Shown here: piece by piece, positions 36,630 through 50,000 of the stretch
Layout of the letters: each line of letters opens with the position of its first letter
How positions within the stretch are numbered: position 1 is the first letter of the stretch
Origin: a virus
Lineage: Duplodnaviria; Caudoviricetes
Length of the DNA: 64,000 bases
Strand: one strand, 5' to 3'
IMG/VR virus record: IMGVR_UViG_3300002835_000006
Position numbers and translations under genes: made by a program
The notes under the pieces: generated by a model
What the model saw: the letters and a program-made list of their open reading frames with translations, nothing else
Told to the model about the DNA's origin: nothing
The model's database searches: none

Positions 36630-38615
36630 ATGTTTTTCCAGCAAAGTGGGGCGGAGAAAGCGCCGATAACCTCAGAAGATTTACAAATTGCTAATAGATA
36701 TTCTGAGGTTCTTAAAAAAATTAGAACCGATGTAGAGGCACTAAGAACTCCAGGAGGTTTTGCATCCACAATAACTACAGAACTCACAAACGTAGCTGAA
36801 GTTGCCGAGGCTCTGAATACGAGCTTTGTTGCTTCAAGAATGAGAATACAAGAAATGGCTAGGTCTGTTTCTGAAGCGACTCCAGGTATCGTAAAATTAG
36901 GAGGAAGTATTGAAGCAGTTGGAGGAGCAATACAAGGAATAGCTGCGGGAACTCGAAGAAATTTAGTTGCACAAAAAGAGCAAGTTGAGGAACTATATGC
37001 AACAAGTAAAATTTTGGGTACAGTAACATCGAAAATTGTCGATGAATTTACCGAGGCAGGGTATTCTTATGAAAATATTGCCAAAAAACTAGAAGAATCT
37101 ATTGTTTATGTTCAAAGAATAGGACTCAACGCTAAAGTTGTCGTCTCAGATGTATTGAATAACACAGATAAATTGGCAAGATTTAATTTCAGTGAGGGAG
37201 TTTTAGGGTTTACTAAAATGGCTGCACAAGCATCGAGATTGAGGTTTGATATGAAAGAAGTTTTCACTTTAGCCGACAAAGTTCTCAACCCTGAAGATGC
37301 AGTAAGAATGGCATCAGCTTTTCAAAGATTAGGTGTTTCAGTAGGAAATTTGACAGACCCGTTCCAACTGATGAACCAATCTATAAATGACCCATCAGGA
37401 TTACAGGATAGTATAATCAATATGGCTAAGTCTTTCACCTATTTTGATGAAAAGACTAAAAGTTTCAGAGTCAGTCCACAAGGAATTCTAACAATGAATG
37501 CTTTGGCAGCAGAAACCGACTTGAGTGCTGAGAACTTGAAAAGAACTGCATTGGCTGCTGCGGAGATGGATGATAAATTGAAAAGGATTTCTACCACAGG
37601 ATTATCTTTCAATGTTAGTGAAGAAGACAAAAAAATGATTGCTAACGTTGCAAGTATGGGAAAAGAAGGTGAATATGAGGTTTCTATAAAAGACGAAAGG
37701 GGTAATGAGTATCAAAGAAAATTAGTTGATTTACAAGAACAAGATTTCAAAAGAATTATAGAACAACAAGAAAAGGCACCAAAGACTGTACAACAGATAC
37801 AAGAAAGCCAATTAAACACCGCTGAAAAAACATATGCGGAAATTAAATTCATTAAAGAATTAGTCAAAACTTCAATTTATACACAACCAGGTTTCTTGAG
37901 AAATATGGAAGATGCTTTGAACATGACAAGAAAATCTGCTGAGGGTTTTGCTAAAGCAGTGAGAAAATCAGGTTATTTTAGAGATGCGGAAGAAATTAGA
38001 GAAAAACTCAAAGAGGCTCAAAAGTTACCCGATGCGGACCGAAAAAAGCAAGAGGACCTATTATTTAAGGAGTTAATGAATTTAACTCAAAGACTTCCAG
38101 ATGCTTTCAAGAATTATGAGATTGAAAGACAAAGACAACAAGGAGATATGGGTGATATGATGAAATCAATTCTCACAAGTACGGGTTTTGACATGTTTGG
38201 TGAACCTACGGGAAGAAGACCATTGAGAAGAGCAAGTGGAGGATTGGTGACAGGTCCCGGTACATCAACAAGCGATTCCATAGATGCCAAACTTTCGAAT
38301 GGTGAATTTGTTGTAAACGCAGCCTCAACTAAATCTTTCTTACCGATATTAAATGCTATAAATGAATCTGGGTTGAAGTCAACTTCAACAGGAATGAGCA
38401 TGAAAGTTTCTTTTGATGAAAAAACTCCGATACCTGCAGAACTTACAGTAAAACTTCCGCCAGATTTTAGTAGTATGCCATCGTATCCTGCTTTTACTGA
38501 ATACATTCTACAATCTCCTGAAACTGTTAAACAAGCACTTTTGGAAGTTACTGAGGGTGCCCTATTGAGAGCTGGTAAAATTGCAAAGAAGGGGCAATAT
38601 TCGGTAACAACATAA
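36630..38615 (+). CDS. tape measure protein
   Basis: Helical Ala-rich; ASGGLVTGPGTSTSDSI..LSNGEFVV motif common in TMP C-termini; follows the chaperone. Confidence 0.8.
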   Translation: MFFQQSGAEKAPITSEDLQIANRYSEVLKKIRTDVEALRTPGGFASTITTELTNVAEVAEALNTSFVASRMRIQEMARSVSEATPGIVKLGGSIEAVGGAIQGIAAGTRRNLVAQKEQVEELYATSKILGTVTSKIVDEFTEAGYSYENIAKKLEESIVYVQRIGLNAKVVVSDVLNNTDKLARFNFSEGVLGFTKMAAQASRLRFDMKEVFTLADKVLNPEDAVRMASAFQRLGVSVGNLTDPFQLMNQSINDPSGLQDSIINMAKSFTYFDEKTKSFRVSPQGILTMNALAAETDLSAENLKRTALAAAEMDDKLKRISTTGLSFNVSEEDKKMIANVASMGKEGEYEVSIKDERGNEYQRKLVDLQEQDFKRIIEQQEKAPKTVQQIQESQLNTAEKTYAEIKFIKELVKTSIYTQPGFLRNMEDALNMTRKSAEGFAKAVRKSGYFRDAEEIREKLKEAQKLPDADRKKQEDLLFKELMNLTQRLPDAFKNYEIERQRQQGDMGDMMKSILTSTGFDMFGEPTGRRPLRRASGGLVTGPGTSTSDSIDAKLSNGEFVVNAASTKSFLPILNAINESGLKSTSTGMSMKVSFDEKTPIPAELTVKLPPDFSSMPSYPAFTEYILQSPETVKQALLEVTEGALLRAGKIAKKGQYSVTT

Positions 38616-38676
38616 TTGTGATTTAGTTTTAAAAAAAATAATGTTTACCTATTTATTGATTAAATAGAAGTATCAA

Positions 38677-41600
38677 GTGCCAAGTCCATTAGATTATAAT
38701 AATTCGGAACGATTCAGGTCGAGATTGATGACAAGAAATCTTGCCCCTTATCCCAAGTCCCCAAATCGTCCGAATCCACCAATAACTTATGAATATCAAC
38801 AATCACAATTAGCGGTTACCGATAGTCCTGACGTACTAATTGATTCTCCAATTTTAGCTAACAGACTTTATCCATTAAATCAGTTTGGTGCGGAAGGTGG
38901 ATATAGAATTGTGGGGGATGTTGGAGGATTGAATAATACTCGTTCAAACCAAGGTGAATACGGACCAGGTCAACAAGACGCTCATATAATAGACCAAGCT
39001 CAGCCTGCATCACTTCAGTGGAAACCTAAAAACGCATATTCCAATGGTTCTCAAACAGTTCTAGATAGTGGTGAATACATAACTGAACCTGATTATATAA
39101 GAAGTGGTTCAAGAAACCTTTATAATAACCAACCTTATCCAACAACTTTTGTACCATCATCTTATAACCCCGTTCAAATCCTTTTAACAAGGGACCCACA
39201 GGGAAGTAATGGTTTACTGACACAAGATTCCTATATCGCTAGATTGGGAGCATTTACTCTTAGAAGGTCTTTCGAAGAAAGGATTGCAACTGAAATAAGA
39301 CAACAAACTTTAGGAAGAATAAATTTATTCAACATAGATAGTGGTACAGATATATTCAATCTACTAACCACACGAGTACCCCTGATTGAACCAAATTGGG
39401 TAATCACACAACCTTCAGGACCTATTTTAGCAGCAACAGACTTCGCGTTGAGATTAGCCGGAAGTATTTTGCCAACATCACCGATTCCTGGTTCTTATTT
39501 TGACCCATCTATAAATTCAGGATTCCCCACAACCATACAACAATTACAAGCGGCCTTTACTAGGTCTAATACAAGTGTAGGTAATTTCTTTGGACAATTG
39601 TTAGGGCCACCTAAATCAGGTTCTCAAATATTTTTGAACAATACAGGGGGAGGACAAAAATCGAGATTATTCGGGAGTATAAATTATAACAAGTACAAAC
39701 CTGGATATGAAAGGAATATTTTCGACAGAGTAGGGGGAGCTTTATTTGGTACTACAGTAAATAATTCTAATTACTACATTGGTTCACCAACTTCAGAACC
39801 GTCAAGAGTTTTTTCACCGACAGGAGATTTACCCAACAACGAATTTGGACAAGAAGTTCAAGCTCCTGTCTATGGTCCTCAAGAATTGGCCCAACTTTAT
39901 GAAGGACCTAGTAGAGAAATCAAACTTGGGGCCAACGGTCCTGCATATATAAATGGTGGTGGTATCGAGGGTGGATTTACTTGGGTCTCACCAAAGTATA
40001 GGGGGAATGCCGGTAAAAAAGTAGGAATTGGGGGAGAAGTTACACAATTAGATGAAGACTTTAAACCATCATCATACAATTCAACTGAGTCCGTAAATTT
40101 AGAATTCAGACAGGGTTCAATACTTGATGATACCCAAAGGATTATAAATAGTCAACCACAGGGTGGAAGAAGATTACAACATGTTGGTAATGCTATGGAC
40201 CAAGTAAGTAAAGTTTTCAACGATGGATATAAAGAACTTACTAAAGGTTCAAGAGTTTTAAGATATGTCGGTTCTTTAGGTAATGAGGTTGGAACCGAGT
40301 ATTGTAGAGTTTTTGCTAAAGATATACCATATCTTCAGTATAATGACCTTCAAAAACAAGACGGTGTTGTAAATGAAGGTAGAAGATTTTCTTATTCTGT
40401 ATTCGACAAAACATATAATTTGAATATTGCACCTAACAAACAAGAAGGAGGTCAGGCTTCATCAAACTTGATAGGAACAAATAATACTGCTTTTGCTAAG
40501 AAATATATGTTCTCATTGGAAAATTTAGCATGGAGAACATCAAATACTCCTGGTATAAATGTGAATGAGTTACCAATTTGTGAGAGAGGTCCAAATGGTG
40601 GAAGAGTGATGTGGTTCCCACCTTATGGGTTGACATTTAATGAGACTGTAAATGCGAATTGGAAGACACAAGATTTTCTTGGTAGACCTGAACCAATTTA
40701 CACTTATACAAATACAAGTAGAGGTGGTTCATTACAATGGAAAATTGTTGTTGACCATCCATCAGTTCTGAATGTTATTGTGAATAAGGTTTTGAATAAC
40801 GAAAGTAATAAAGAAAGAATTAATGGAATTTTGGAATCATTCTTTGCTGGTTGTAAAAAATACGATTTATATGAACTGGCTAAAAGATATTACACAATTC
40901 CTCCAAATGAATTACAAGATATTCAACAAGCTATTGCGTCAAAAAATCTGAGTAAAGAACAAGTAAGTGTTGCTAAAAATACTTTAGCTACGGGGGCAAG
41001 AGATACTCAAAGTAGTTCACAACCAATCACACAACCTTCACAGAACACACCACAAGACACACTGAAACAATTCCAAAACTTTGCATTGTATTTTCCCAAT
41101 GACATTCCAGCACCTCCATCAGTATCACCTGTGGTTGGAAGTTATTCACAATATTATACAGATTATATCAACCAAAGTACAACCACTTACGCGGGGCAAG
41201 GAGTTTTTATAAACAATGTTGTAACTCAGAATTACAATCACATCCAAGTAAATTTCTTCAATGAACTCAAAACAGTGATGAAGAATAACCCTTCATCTAA
41301 AGTTGTAATAGAATTATTGGGAAGTGCGTCAGCCGCGGCAAAACAAACATACAATTTAGAACTTTCACAGAGAAGAATAGATAGTGTTAAAAATTTATTT
41401 GCTTCGGACCAATTGCTAAACTCGTACATACAATCAGGTAGAATTACATTTACAGAAGTTCCAAAGGGAGAAGGTGCCGAAAAAGTGCAAGTTTTTCAGT
41501 GGGATGCTAGTTCGAATCAATTTATAACTAATACTGAATTCGAAACTTGTACTGACAACGATGACAACAATAATAGTTTGGCGGGAGCACCAATAACTAA

Positions 41601-43686
41601 CTCCACAGCTATGGCTTGTAGAAGAGTCAAAATCAAATCAATAACAGTAAGTGCACCCGAACCATCTCAATTACCTCCAAATGTTGTACCTACTCAACCG
41701 ACCACTGGTATAATCCCCCCAACTCCACCAACAACAGTTGAGCCTAAGTTTAGAAAGACTGATAATATTTCAAAAAGAATTGTGAGAGCTCTTATATCTG
41801 AATGTGACTATTTCGAAACAATCAAACAAGACTCTCCGATGTTATATGATAATCTCAAAGACAAATTGAAATTCTTTCAACCATCATTCCATTCCACAAC
41901 ACCTGAGGGTTTGAATTCTAGACTAACCTTTTTACAACAATGTATGAGACCCGGGGATACTATTCCGACTGTGAAGGCAACTGCGGGGGGTGCGTATGAA
42001 TTGGAGTATAATAATGCTGTAAATACTGCTTTTGGAACACCACCGGTCTTGATACTCAGAGTAGGTGACTTTTATAACACTAAAATAATTCCAACAAGTT
42101 TAAGTTTGAATTTTGAAGGTTTGGATATAAATCCTGAGGGTATAGGTATCCAACCTATGATTGCAAACGTCACTTTGAATTTTAATTTTGTTGGGGGTCA
42201 AGGATTGAAAACTGCGGTCGATAAATTACAAAACGCTTTGACATTCAATTACTACGCTAATACTGAGATGTGGGACGATAGAGCCGACCCAACCGACGAC
42301 TCTTTCAAAGTGTTAGATAAAGAATTTTTACAAAGTGTTGCACAACCTACCGCTCCTACCACAAATCAAATTCAGAATATAGCGGCTTTAAGTAATAGTA
42401 CTACTATAGGAGATAGACTAACGAATGTTATTACGGCAACTGACGAAACTGGTAAAATAAGTTACAAAGGCTTTATGGATACTTTTGTGTCAACAACACA
42501 AACTTACTTTACTTCTGTGTTCAATCAAAGTAAATCTATTTTTTCTCAATACAATAATGCCATGTTACAACAATGGAGCATTGAAAGAAAGTATCAGGAG
42601 GGAACTTTTTATACAGACCCGAACACAATTACTTATTTATACGGTAAGGCAGATAATCTACAAAAAAATATAAATAAAGTTTTTACCGACATGATTGCTC
42701 AAATAAATGCCGGTCAAGACCCGTGGATTGAATGGATAAATAATACTGACAAGGATTTCTCAAGAGCAGCTAAAAATCAAATGAAACAAAATTATTTGGA
42801 TTTTGTTAGGGCTAAACAAGGTACTTTTATAAATGCCGCAACAACAATTGTACAAGATGTTGTGAACACTCAACAAGCTTATCTTCAATATATTAGTAGA
42901 GCTAATATTGTACCATACTCAGGTACATCGTGGGATAACACTGACGGATTCCAAGAGACAAATGGTAATGTTGTAATTTATTGGGTGTCGGGAACAACAG
43001 GGGTAGGACCTGTGAATGCTGGAAATCCTAATCCTCCCACAACAACAAATCAGGAAATTGACCAAGATATAGATTTAATCAAAGTAAGTTTAAATGATTT
43101 CTATACTAAATTGACAAGTGACGTAAATTTCAGTGTAGGTTCTGATAGCTATACAGGAATATTGGTAAGAGTGAATAGTACAGAAATAAGTACAATCATA
43201 AATGATGTATTTTTTCCGTTCAGTAAGAACCCGTTGTTTAGTGGAAATCCTTTCAAAAGACAATATATGATTTTGTCTAACGACTTAAAGGGAGAGGCTT
43301 ATGAAAGTTTTAAAAACGCTATGATAGGAAATCTACTTGAAAATCAATCTTTAGCACCAAGAGGGGCTTCTATGAGATATTCTGAAGAGTTTGATGCGTA
43401 TTGGAGAGCGATTGTAAAACCAGCTTTTGACGAAGAGGATACTCTTACTCAAACATTCCTAAATGAGATGGAGACAAATCAGATGAAAAACTTCTTAAAC
43501 TTTACACCGTTCCCATTAGGAAAACCAAGAGAGTTTAACTACGCGAAATCAAGTGCTCCTGACCCTAACCAAGAAGTATTGATAAAATCTTTGGGGGCAA
43601 AAACAAACCAAAACACAGATAATAAATGGAACACACCAACAACGCCAGGTGGAGACGTTCTTATATCTAAAGTTAAATTGAACTAA
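38677..43686 (+). CDS. large baseplate/tube-initiator (gp48/54-like) protein with inserted OmpA-like domain
   Basis: FPPY.L.FNE...W....LGRPEP.YTY..TSR and PPVLILRVGDFY..II.TSL halves flank YNLELSQRRIDSV..CRRVKI; GTG start. Confidence 0.65.
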   Translation: MPSPLDYNNSERFRSRLMTRNLAPYPKSPNRPNPPITYEYQQSQLAVTDSPDVLIDSPILANRLYPLNQFGAEGGYRIVGDVGGLNNTRSNQGEYGPGQQDAHIIDQAQPASLQWKPKNAYSNGSQTVLDSGEYITEPDYIRSGSRNLYNNQPYPTTFVPSSYNPVQILLTRDPQGSNGLLTQDSYIARLGAFTLRRSFEERIATEIRQQTLGRINLFNIDSGTDIFNLLTTRVPLIEPNWVITQPSGPILAATDFALRLAGSILPTSPIPGSYFDPSINSGFPTTIQQLQAAFTRSNTSVGNFFGQLLGPPKSGSQIFLNNTGGGQKSRLFGSINYNKYKPGYERNIFDRVGGALFGTTVNNSNYYIGSPTSEPSRVFSPTGDLPNNEFGQEVQAPVYGPQELAQLYEGPSREIKLGANGPAYINGGGIEGGFTWVSPKYRGNAGKKVGIGGEVTQLDEDFKPSSYNSTESVNLEFRQGSILDDTQRIINSQPQGGRRLQHVGNAMDQVSKVFNDGYKELTKGSRVLRYVGSLGNEVGTEYCRVFAKDIPYLQYNDLQKQDGVVNEGRRFSYSVFDKTYNLNIAPNKQEGGQASSNLIGTNNTAFAKKYMFSLENLAWRTSNTPGINVNELPICERGPNGGRVMWFPPYGLTFNETVNANWKTQDFLGRPEPIYTYTNTSRGGSLQWKIVVDHPSVLNVIVNKVLNNESNKERINGILESFFAGCKKYDLYELAKRYYTIPPNELQDIQQAIASKNLSKEQVSVAKNTLATGARDTQSSSQPITQPSQNTPQDTLKQFQNFALYFPNDIPAPPSVSPVVGSYSQYYTDYINQSTTTYAGQGVFINNVVTQNYNHIQVNFFNELKTVMKNNPSSKVVIELLGSASAAAKQTYNLELSQRRIDSVKNLFASDQLLNSYIQSGRITFTEVPKGEGAEKVQVFQWDASSNQFITNTEFETCTDNDDNNNSLAGAPITNSTAMACRRVKIKSITVSAPEPSQLPPNVVPTQPTTGIIPPTPPTTVEPKFRKTDNISKRIVRALISECDYFETIKQDSPMLYDNLKDKLKFFQPSFHSTTPEGLNSRLTFLQQCMRPGDTIPTVKATAGGAYELEYNNAVNTAFGTPPVLILRVGDFYNTKIIPTSLSLNFEGLDINPEGIGIQPMIANVTLNFNFVGGQGLKTAVDKLQNALTFNYYANTEMWDDRADPTDDSFKVLDKEFLQSVAQPTAPTTNQIQNIAALSNSTTIGDRLTNVITATDETGKISYKGFMDTFVSTTQTYFTSVFNQSKSIFSQYNNAMLQQWSIERKYQEGTFYTDPNTITYLYGKADNLQKNINKVFTDMIAQINAGQDPWIEWINNTDKDFSRAAKNQMKQNYLDFVRAKQGTFINAATTIVQDVVNTQQAYLQYISRANIVPYSGTSWDNTDGFQETNGNVVIYWVSGTTGVGPVNAGNPNPPTTTNQEIDQDIDLIKVSLNDFYTKLTSDVNFSVGSDSYTGILVRVNSTEISTIINDVFFPFSKNPLFSGNPFKRQYMILSNDLKGEAYESFKNAMIGNLLENQSLAPRGASMRYSEEFDAYWRAIVKPAFDEEDTLTQTFLNEMETNQMKNFLNFTPFPLGKPREFNYAKSSAPDPNQEVLIKSLGAKTNQNTDNKWNTPTTPGGDVLISKVKLN

Positions 43687-44009
43687 TGTCATACCCTTAT
43701 TACAACAGATATAATGAATTTACATTCAACGGAGAACAAACTATAGTTCCTTATGTGACAATTCCTGCAAAAACTACAGACCAAACATACATCTATAAGG
43801 TAGGTCAAAGTAGATTGGATAGAATTTCACAACAATATTATAGTTCCCCTGTTTTTGGATGGTTGATTCTACAGGCTAATCCAATTTTTGGTGGACTTGA
43901 AAACTACATCTATGATGGTGCTATCTTGGTTATACCATTTCCATTGATACCATCTCTTCAAGATTATAAAACAGCTGTAGAACAATATTTTTATTATTAT
44001 GGCAGGTAG
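43686..44009 (+). CDS. baseplate LysM-like protein (gp53/tail X-like)
   Basis: SRLDRISQQYYSSPVFGWLILQANP pattern. Confidence 0.75.
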   Translation: MSYPYYNRYNEFTFNGEQTIVPYVTIPAKTTDQTYIYKVGQSRLDRISQQYYSSPVFGWLILQANPIFGGLENYIYDGAILVIPFPLIPSLQDYKTAVEQYFYYYGR

Positions 44010-47000
44010 TAATATTCAAGGAGATTTAAGTGGTCATATTTTACCTGAGTTCGATTATGATAATATTATCCTGATTGACCCTAATAAAACTATTGACAAT
44101 ACTGGTAGAATAAGTGAGAGAATTGTAGACCACGAAAATTTGGTAATGTATGCCAATTTGGAGGCACAAATTTTACCGAGAACAAAACTTGCACTCGGAG
44201 TCCAACCCAACGAAAATGTAAATACTAGCATGACTATTGCTAGAATCAATTTTCTGAAGCCCACCAAAAACAATTACATAGGTACAGGTTATTATGATGA
44301 GTTGACAGGTAAGGATGCGTTGACTACTCAGTTTTCAAACGCCAAATTAGAAAAGACTGTCACACGTGGTAACAAAGCTTATTTCGTAGACACAGTACTA
44401 GACCAACAAAACGTCACAGATAATGGGTTATTAGGAATCACCTCTATCATATGTAAACTTGGTACAAGTTTCATTCCATCAGTCTCAATGCAACTCGAAG
44501 ATGTCCAAGGGAAAGCTTTATTCCAATTAGGAGATAACTCACCTTATGCAGCATTCTTCACTTTACCATACCCTCAATTTTATTTAACACTAAAAGGTTA
44601 CTATGGTCAAGCAATAAAGTATCAACTTTACTTAGAAAAGTTTGATGCGAGATTCAATACCTCAACTGGAAATTATGCAATTACTTTAGAATTCAAAGGA
44701 TTCAAATTCAACATCTTGAATGAGATTCTTATATCTCATCTTTTAGCAACCCCTCACATGTATAACAGAAGATTTGCTACAAGTTTGGAACCTGTTGTTG
44801 CCAACCCTGCGACAAACAATCAAAGTTTACAAAACTCATCTTCAGCTCAACAAGGTGGTATTACTACAGCCACCCGCGCTGAAAATACAGTCTATGCTGA
44901 ATTTGTAACCGAAAGGGGGTATGAAAAAATTGTAGAGGTTTACAGTGAATATAAAAGTAAGGGATTGATTCCCCAAGATTTTCCTGAATTGACTCTATTA
45001 CAATTGATGAACAAACTTGAAATGTTTGAAAGGAACGTCGTCAATTCTTATCCTTTGGTCAACGTTGAGCCACTAACTAACATAAGGAACTATTTGAAAA
45101 CATTAAAAGCGTTTGTCGAGACTTTGATTGGTCCGCAAAGCAGTAGTTGGTTCCTAACTAATTTAGACCCAAGAGCGATAATTTTAGACAACAATAATAG
45201 GGTCTATTTTTTCAAAAAAGAGCTTCAAACAAATTTAGCTTCACAAACAGCCGCAATCAAAAACCTTTCCACAATTTTTGATAGGAACTTATCTGAGTTG
45301 AGGAAAAACCCAACTTTGGGTGTTGACAGCACTGAAAACATAAAGATTGATAAACTTACGCCAAATCAAATTCAGGTAACTATTGATTTGAGTCAAATAA
45401 ACAAAGATGCGACTGCGGCATCTTTTTTTAATGTAATAAGTGCGAGCGACGTTCAAAAAACTACAACCAAAAATAATTTGGATATTTTGTTGGCTAAGAA
45501 AGGGACAGTTATAAATGGCACTACCGTACAAAGTGACCCAATCTTTTTCAATTTTGACCAACAGGGTGGATTTACACAAACAGTGAATCAAATAGAAGAG
45601 GAAGTCTTGAAAAAACTCAAAGCTTATGAAACTGCGATTACTGAGGAATTAAAAATACTGATTCAAGACAAATCGACAGGTATCGGATTTAATCCAACGG
45701 TTAGAAACATGTGTGCTGTAATAATGGCAAACACTGAAGGTTTCATTAGATTATTAGATGATTGTCATACCAAAGCTTGGAGTGTGAAATATGACCCTGT
45801 TAGGTCCTTAGCAATTCATAACAACAAATCATCAGCAAGAAACACTGAGGCTCAGACTGTTGTTCAAATTACTAGTCAGGCGGCAGGAGAAAATCAAGGT
45901 ATAGTAAATGGACAGACACCTGTTTATCCTTGGCCTCAGTTTTTTGTTGAAAGTCCTGATGATAAAAAAGGCAGATATCAGTTACAATATCTTGGAGCAC
46001 CATCAGTGGTCAAAATCACCCAAGCCTCTGACTTTTCCAAGTGGCCTGAAGTTGAATTCGTTGAGGAGTATATAAAGGGTTTGATTATGAAAGACAATGT
46101 TCCTTCTACACAGACCCCTATCGAAAGTCAACTTACAACATTTGCCATTCAAATAAATGCAATAGAATATCCAACTTCAAATGTCATTTATTCAAACAAA
46201 CAGGAAGTCAGATATTTTTACGAAATATGGGAAAGAGAATATGTAACTGCAAACTATTCGAATTTTAGTAGGGCCTTACCAAATCAAGTTACACCATTCA
46301 TAACTTTGAATACAAGTGTAGAAACTAACAACATCATAGAAAGTCTCGGTGTCAATAGTCCGAGTATTACATTCAAATTAAAAAATACTAATTTGAATTC
46401 GCAGAACTACCCCACTTTCTTGAAACAAATTTCAAACAATGGAACAGGACCTTCTTACTATAATTACGAACGTGGATTCTTTGTCACATCATATCTCAAA
46501 GAACTGACTGACAACCCTTTTTCTATTTTAAAAACAACAGAGTTAGGGTTGGAACCTCTCCAAAGTGCGGATTTAAAACCTTTGGTAGATTTGACTAAAA
46601 ACGCTAGTAATGATTTTAAAATAATAGATACATACCCATTCACTTCAAGTGGTTGGGTTCAAACTAACATGTCTCAAAGTTCTAGAGCAACACTCAATAA
46701 TGTTTTCGATACAAAAAATGTTATAACAGTATTTGCGGACAGAAATATGGTTTCAAACTTTACAGATTTGTATGATTACATAAACAAAAGACCTGTTACC
46801 AATTTTGGTTACAGAACCACACCAACTCCGAGTATTGTTGTTGAAAGTCTATCAACTCAACCTAATGTAAGTACACAAACTATGAATTTGTATTACAACG
46901 GGAGTTTGAACAATACTACACGTATGGTGCCAACAGAGGGTTTTGTTCAAACGCCATCTAGTAACTACTTAGGTAAAACACAAACAACATCAATATTGAA

Positions 47001-50000
47001 CACACCATTTTTTATAAATGCGATACAAAATGGTGTTAGATTAGAAAAAAACAGAAATAGGAACCCTTACATACAAGCCGCTTACTTATTCATAAATTCT
47101 CTTCCACTCATAAGTCTGAGAGAGAGATATAAAAGTTTGGGAATAAATAATGAGTTGGATTATATGGCTTCATGTTTCAATAAATTCGGTGCCGTTCACA
47201 AAGTACCTTATGCTTGGATATTGAAGATGGGTTCAATATGGTATAGGTACAAAACATATGTAGAAACGAATAGAGATATTTTAGATGGTATATGGAACAA
47301 TTTCGATTATTTAGGCAATTTCGACCCGGTTTTTAGTGCTAAAACTACAACATACGAATTTCAATTCCCAATAACTAATCCGACCAAATATAAAGTTAGT
47401 TTAGAGAAACAAAATCAAAATCTACTCGAGATACAGACAGGTTTCTATCCCAAGCTTATGAATGATTTTGCCTATTTTTATAATGGTAGGGATTTGTTTC
47501 AAAATTATTCTAATGATGAAATACAATCTGCGGTATCTGATGGACTAAGGTTATATCAATTTCCGAATTCAGAATTCTCGGCAGAGCAAAACAACAAAGA
47601 TGTGAACGTTAGCACGTGGTCTGCACTTTTACCAAACACTTTAGTTGATGCTTATAGTACTATAAATCTTTGTGTACCGGCAAGTGATGAAGTTGAGCTT
47701 GGTACAGAGTATTATATCCTTCCGTCATTTGGTGCTAATATGAACCAAACCAATTATGAGTTAGTTACCAATCAAACTAGTAATCCAGTAACAACAACAG
47801 ATTTGGTAGATAACAAAGCTATGTATAATGGTTCTGCGAGATGTTTATGGGCTGCTTCAAACTATGGTTACTTTGATGCTAATCAAGTAATCAAACCAGA
47901 TACAGATTCGTATATGAATTTAATTTATTCTGACGGGTCTACAATAGTACCATTCCAACTTTTATCATCAAACACTTACTCTACAATGGAGGAAATCTTT
48001 GGAGTATTTGATAAAAGAGCTTTGGATTTGATGGAAAAAGAATTCCTGAATTATTGTGCACCAATCACGAACGTTAAATACGCACCAGTTCGTAGTGAAA
48101 TAAATAAAAGTGCAGTACAAATTGATGGTATTTCAAGAAATTTCCAAGCTTTCATGAGGGAGGCAATGAAACTTACACCAACTTTAGCAACGAGAACGAG
48201 TGAATTGTTTAAGGAAGCTATTACAAATCAATTCAATAATTTCTCATCACAAATAAAATCAATAATGGAATATGATGTGATTATAAGAAATGGTAATCCA
48301 TCAAAATTTAATAGAAAAGTTTGGGAGTCATATATCTCAATTGGCTTACCAACACCCACGGTAGTCGAGCCAATTACATTCCAACCTTATGTTACTAATA
48401 CCTTACCATCGGTTGGGGGAGGAATTACTTTACAACAATCTCAAAACTTAAATGGGCCAGCATGGAGAGCATTACTAACAGAGGTTGGATTTTCATCAAT
48501 AGCGGAATTGACTTATACTGATAACGGTTCGTATATTACTGACTTCTTCATCAATAACAATATAGAATTTTCATCAAGGAATGTGGTTCTTTTGGCTCCA
48601 ATTATAAAAATGTATGCAACTCAGAGATTGAATAATCCAAATCTATTGGTTACAAATTTCAGAGACAACCTTACAGCATATATAAACAACAACGAGACCT
48701 TCCAAAATGATTTATTAAATCAAGTTATTATATCTACACAAGCTAAATTACCTGATGTTCAAGAACCTCAAGAACAAACAATCCAATCAGGACTTTCAGG
48801 TTTGCAGGGTAAGGTAGAAATATATAATGTCTTTAAAGCACTGAATGACAAATGGGTTGCAGGGTATGATTATTCTCAGAGAACTTTATTTGAGGATATT
48901 TTATTCTTGGATAGGGCTTCACGCAACATAGGTGAAACAGTAGTTCTTGATATTTTCTCAATAAAAAATTTAATAAATAAGAACTCTTTGAACGAAGGAA
49001 TGAGTGTATACACTCTGCTAAGTTCAATGTTGATGCAGAATAATTTTGTTGTGATGCCACTACCCGCATACTGTAATTTTTATAATGTTCAAGAAGTCAA
49101 CGGTTTACAAAGTCCAAACACAGAGTCAACTTTAGATTTCGCAGATAATATGTGGGGGACATTCACAAATGTGGATTATAGAAAGTCTGGTCCAAAAATA
49201 GTTTGTTTTTACGTCGGTAAGCCATCTGACCAATTAGGTGTTTCAGTTAAACTTACAGGTATAGGGGATGATGGATTTGACTTGAGAAATCCTACAGGAA
49301 ACCCTCTTATTGAAAACCAACTAGGAAAAAATGACTTTGATAAATCAAATAAGGTAGTTGGATTTAATGTAGATATAGGTATAAGAAATCAGAATGTTTT
49401 TCAGACCTTCAGTGTATCTCAAGACAACGGAAAGGCAACATCCGAATCCATCGCTGCGGTATTGATGATGGCCGACCAAACTAATACAAAGAATGTTGGT
49501 ACTCAAAATGCTAGTTTGTATAATTTCTATAAAAGGAGAAGTTATCAGTGTGAAGTCAGCGCTATGGGTAACGCCCTAATTCAACCAACTATGTATTTCA
49601 ATTTGAGACACGTTCCAATGTTCAATGGTCCATATTTGATTACAGATGTTTCACATACGATAACCCCAGGTGACTTCACTACAAATTTTACAGGAGTAAG
49701 ACAGGGTATATATGATTATCCTGTGGAGGACAACTATCTTCAAAAGATAAATCAAAATCTTCTGACTCAATTAGAAAACTTAGTTATACAAAAGACAGAC
49801 CAAAACACAACAATAACCACCACAAACCAAGGAAAAGAAACAAACCTAATACAAAATTCTAATAACCTCTCTGTAGATGCCCAAAATGCTTGTAGAGCGA
49901 ATCTATCACCGCAATTTGATAGACTTGAATCAACTACAGGACAACTTACAAAATTGACCGCAACTGATTTCTCTAATAGTCTCAAAACCTATACAGGTAC

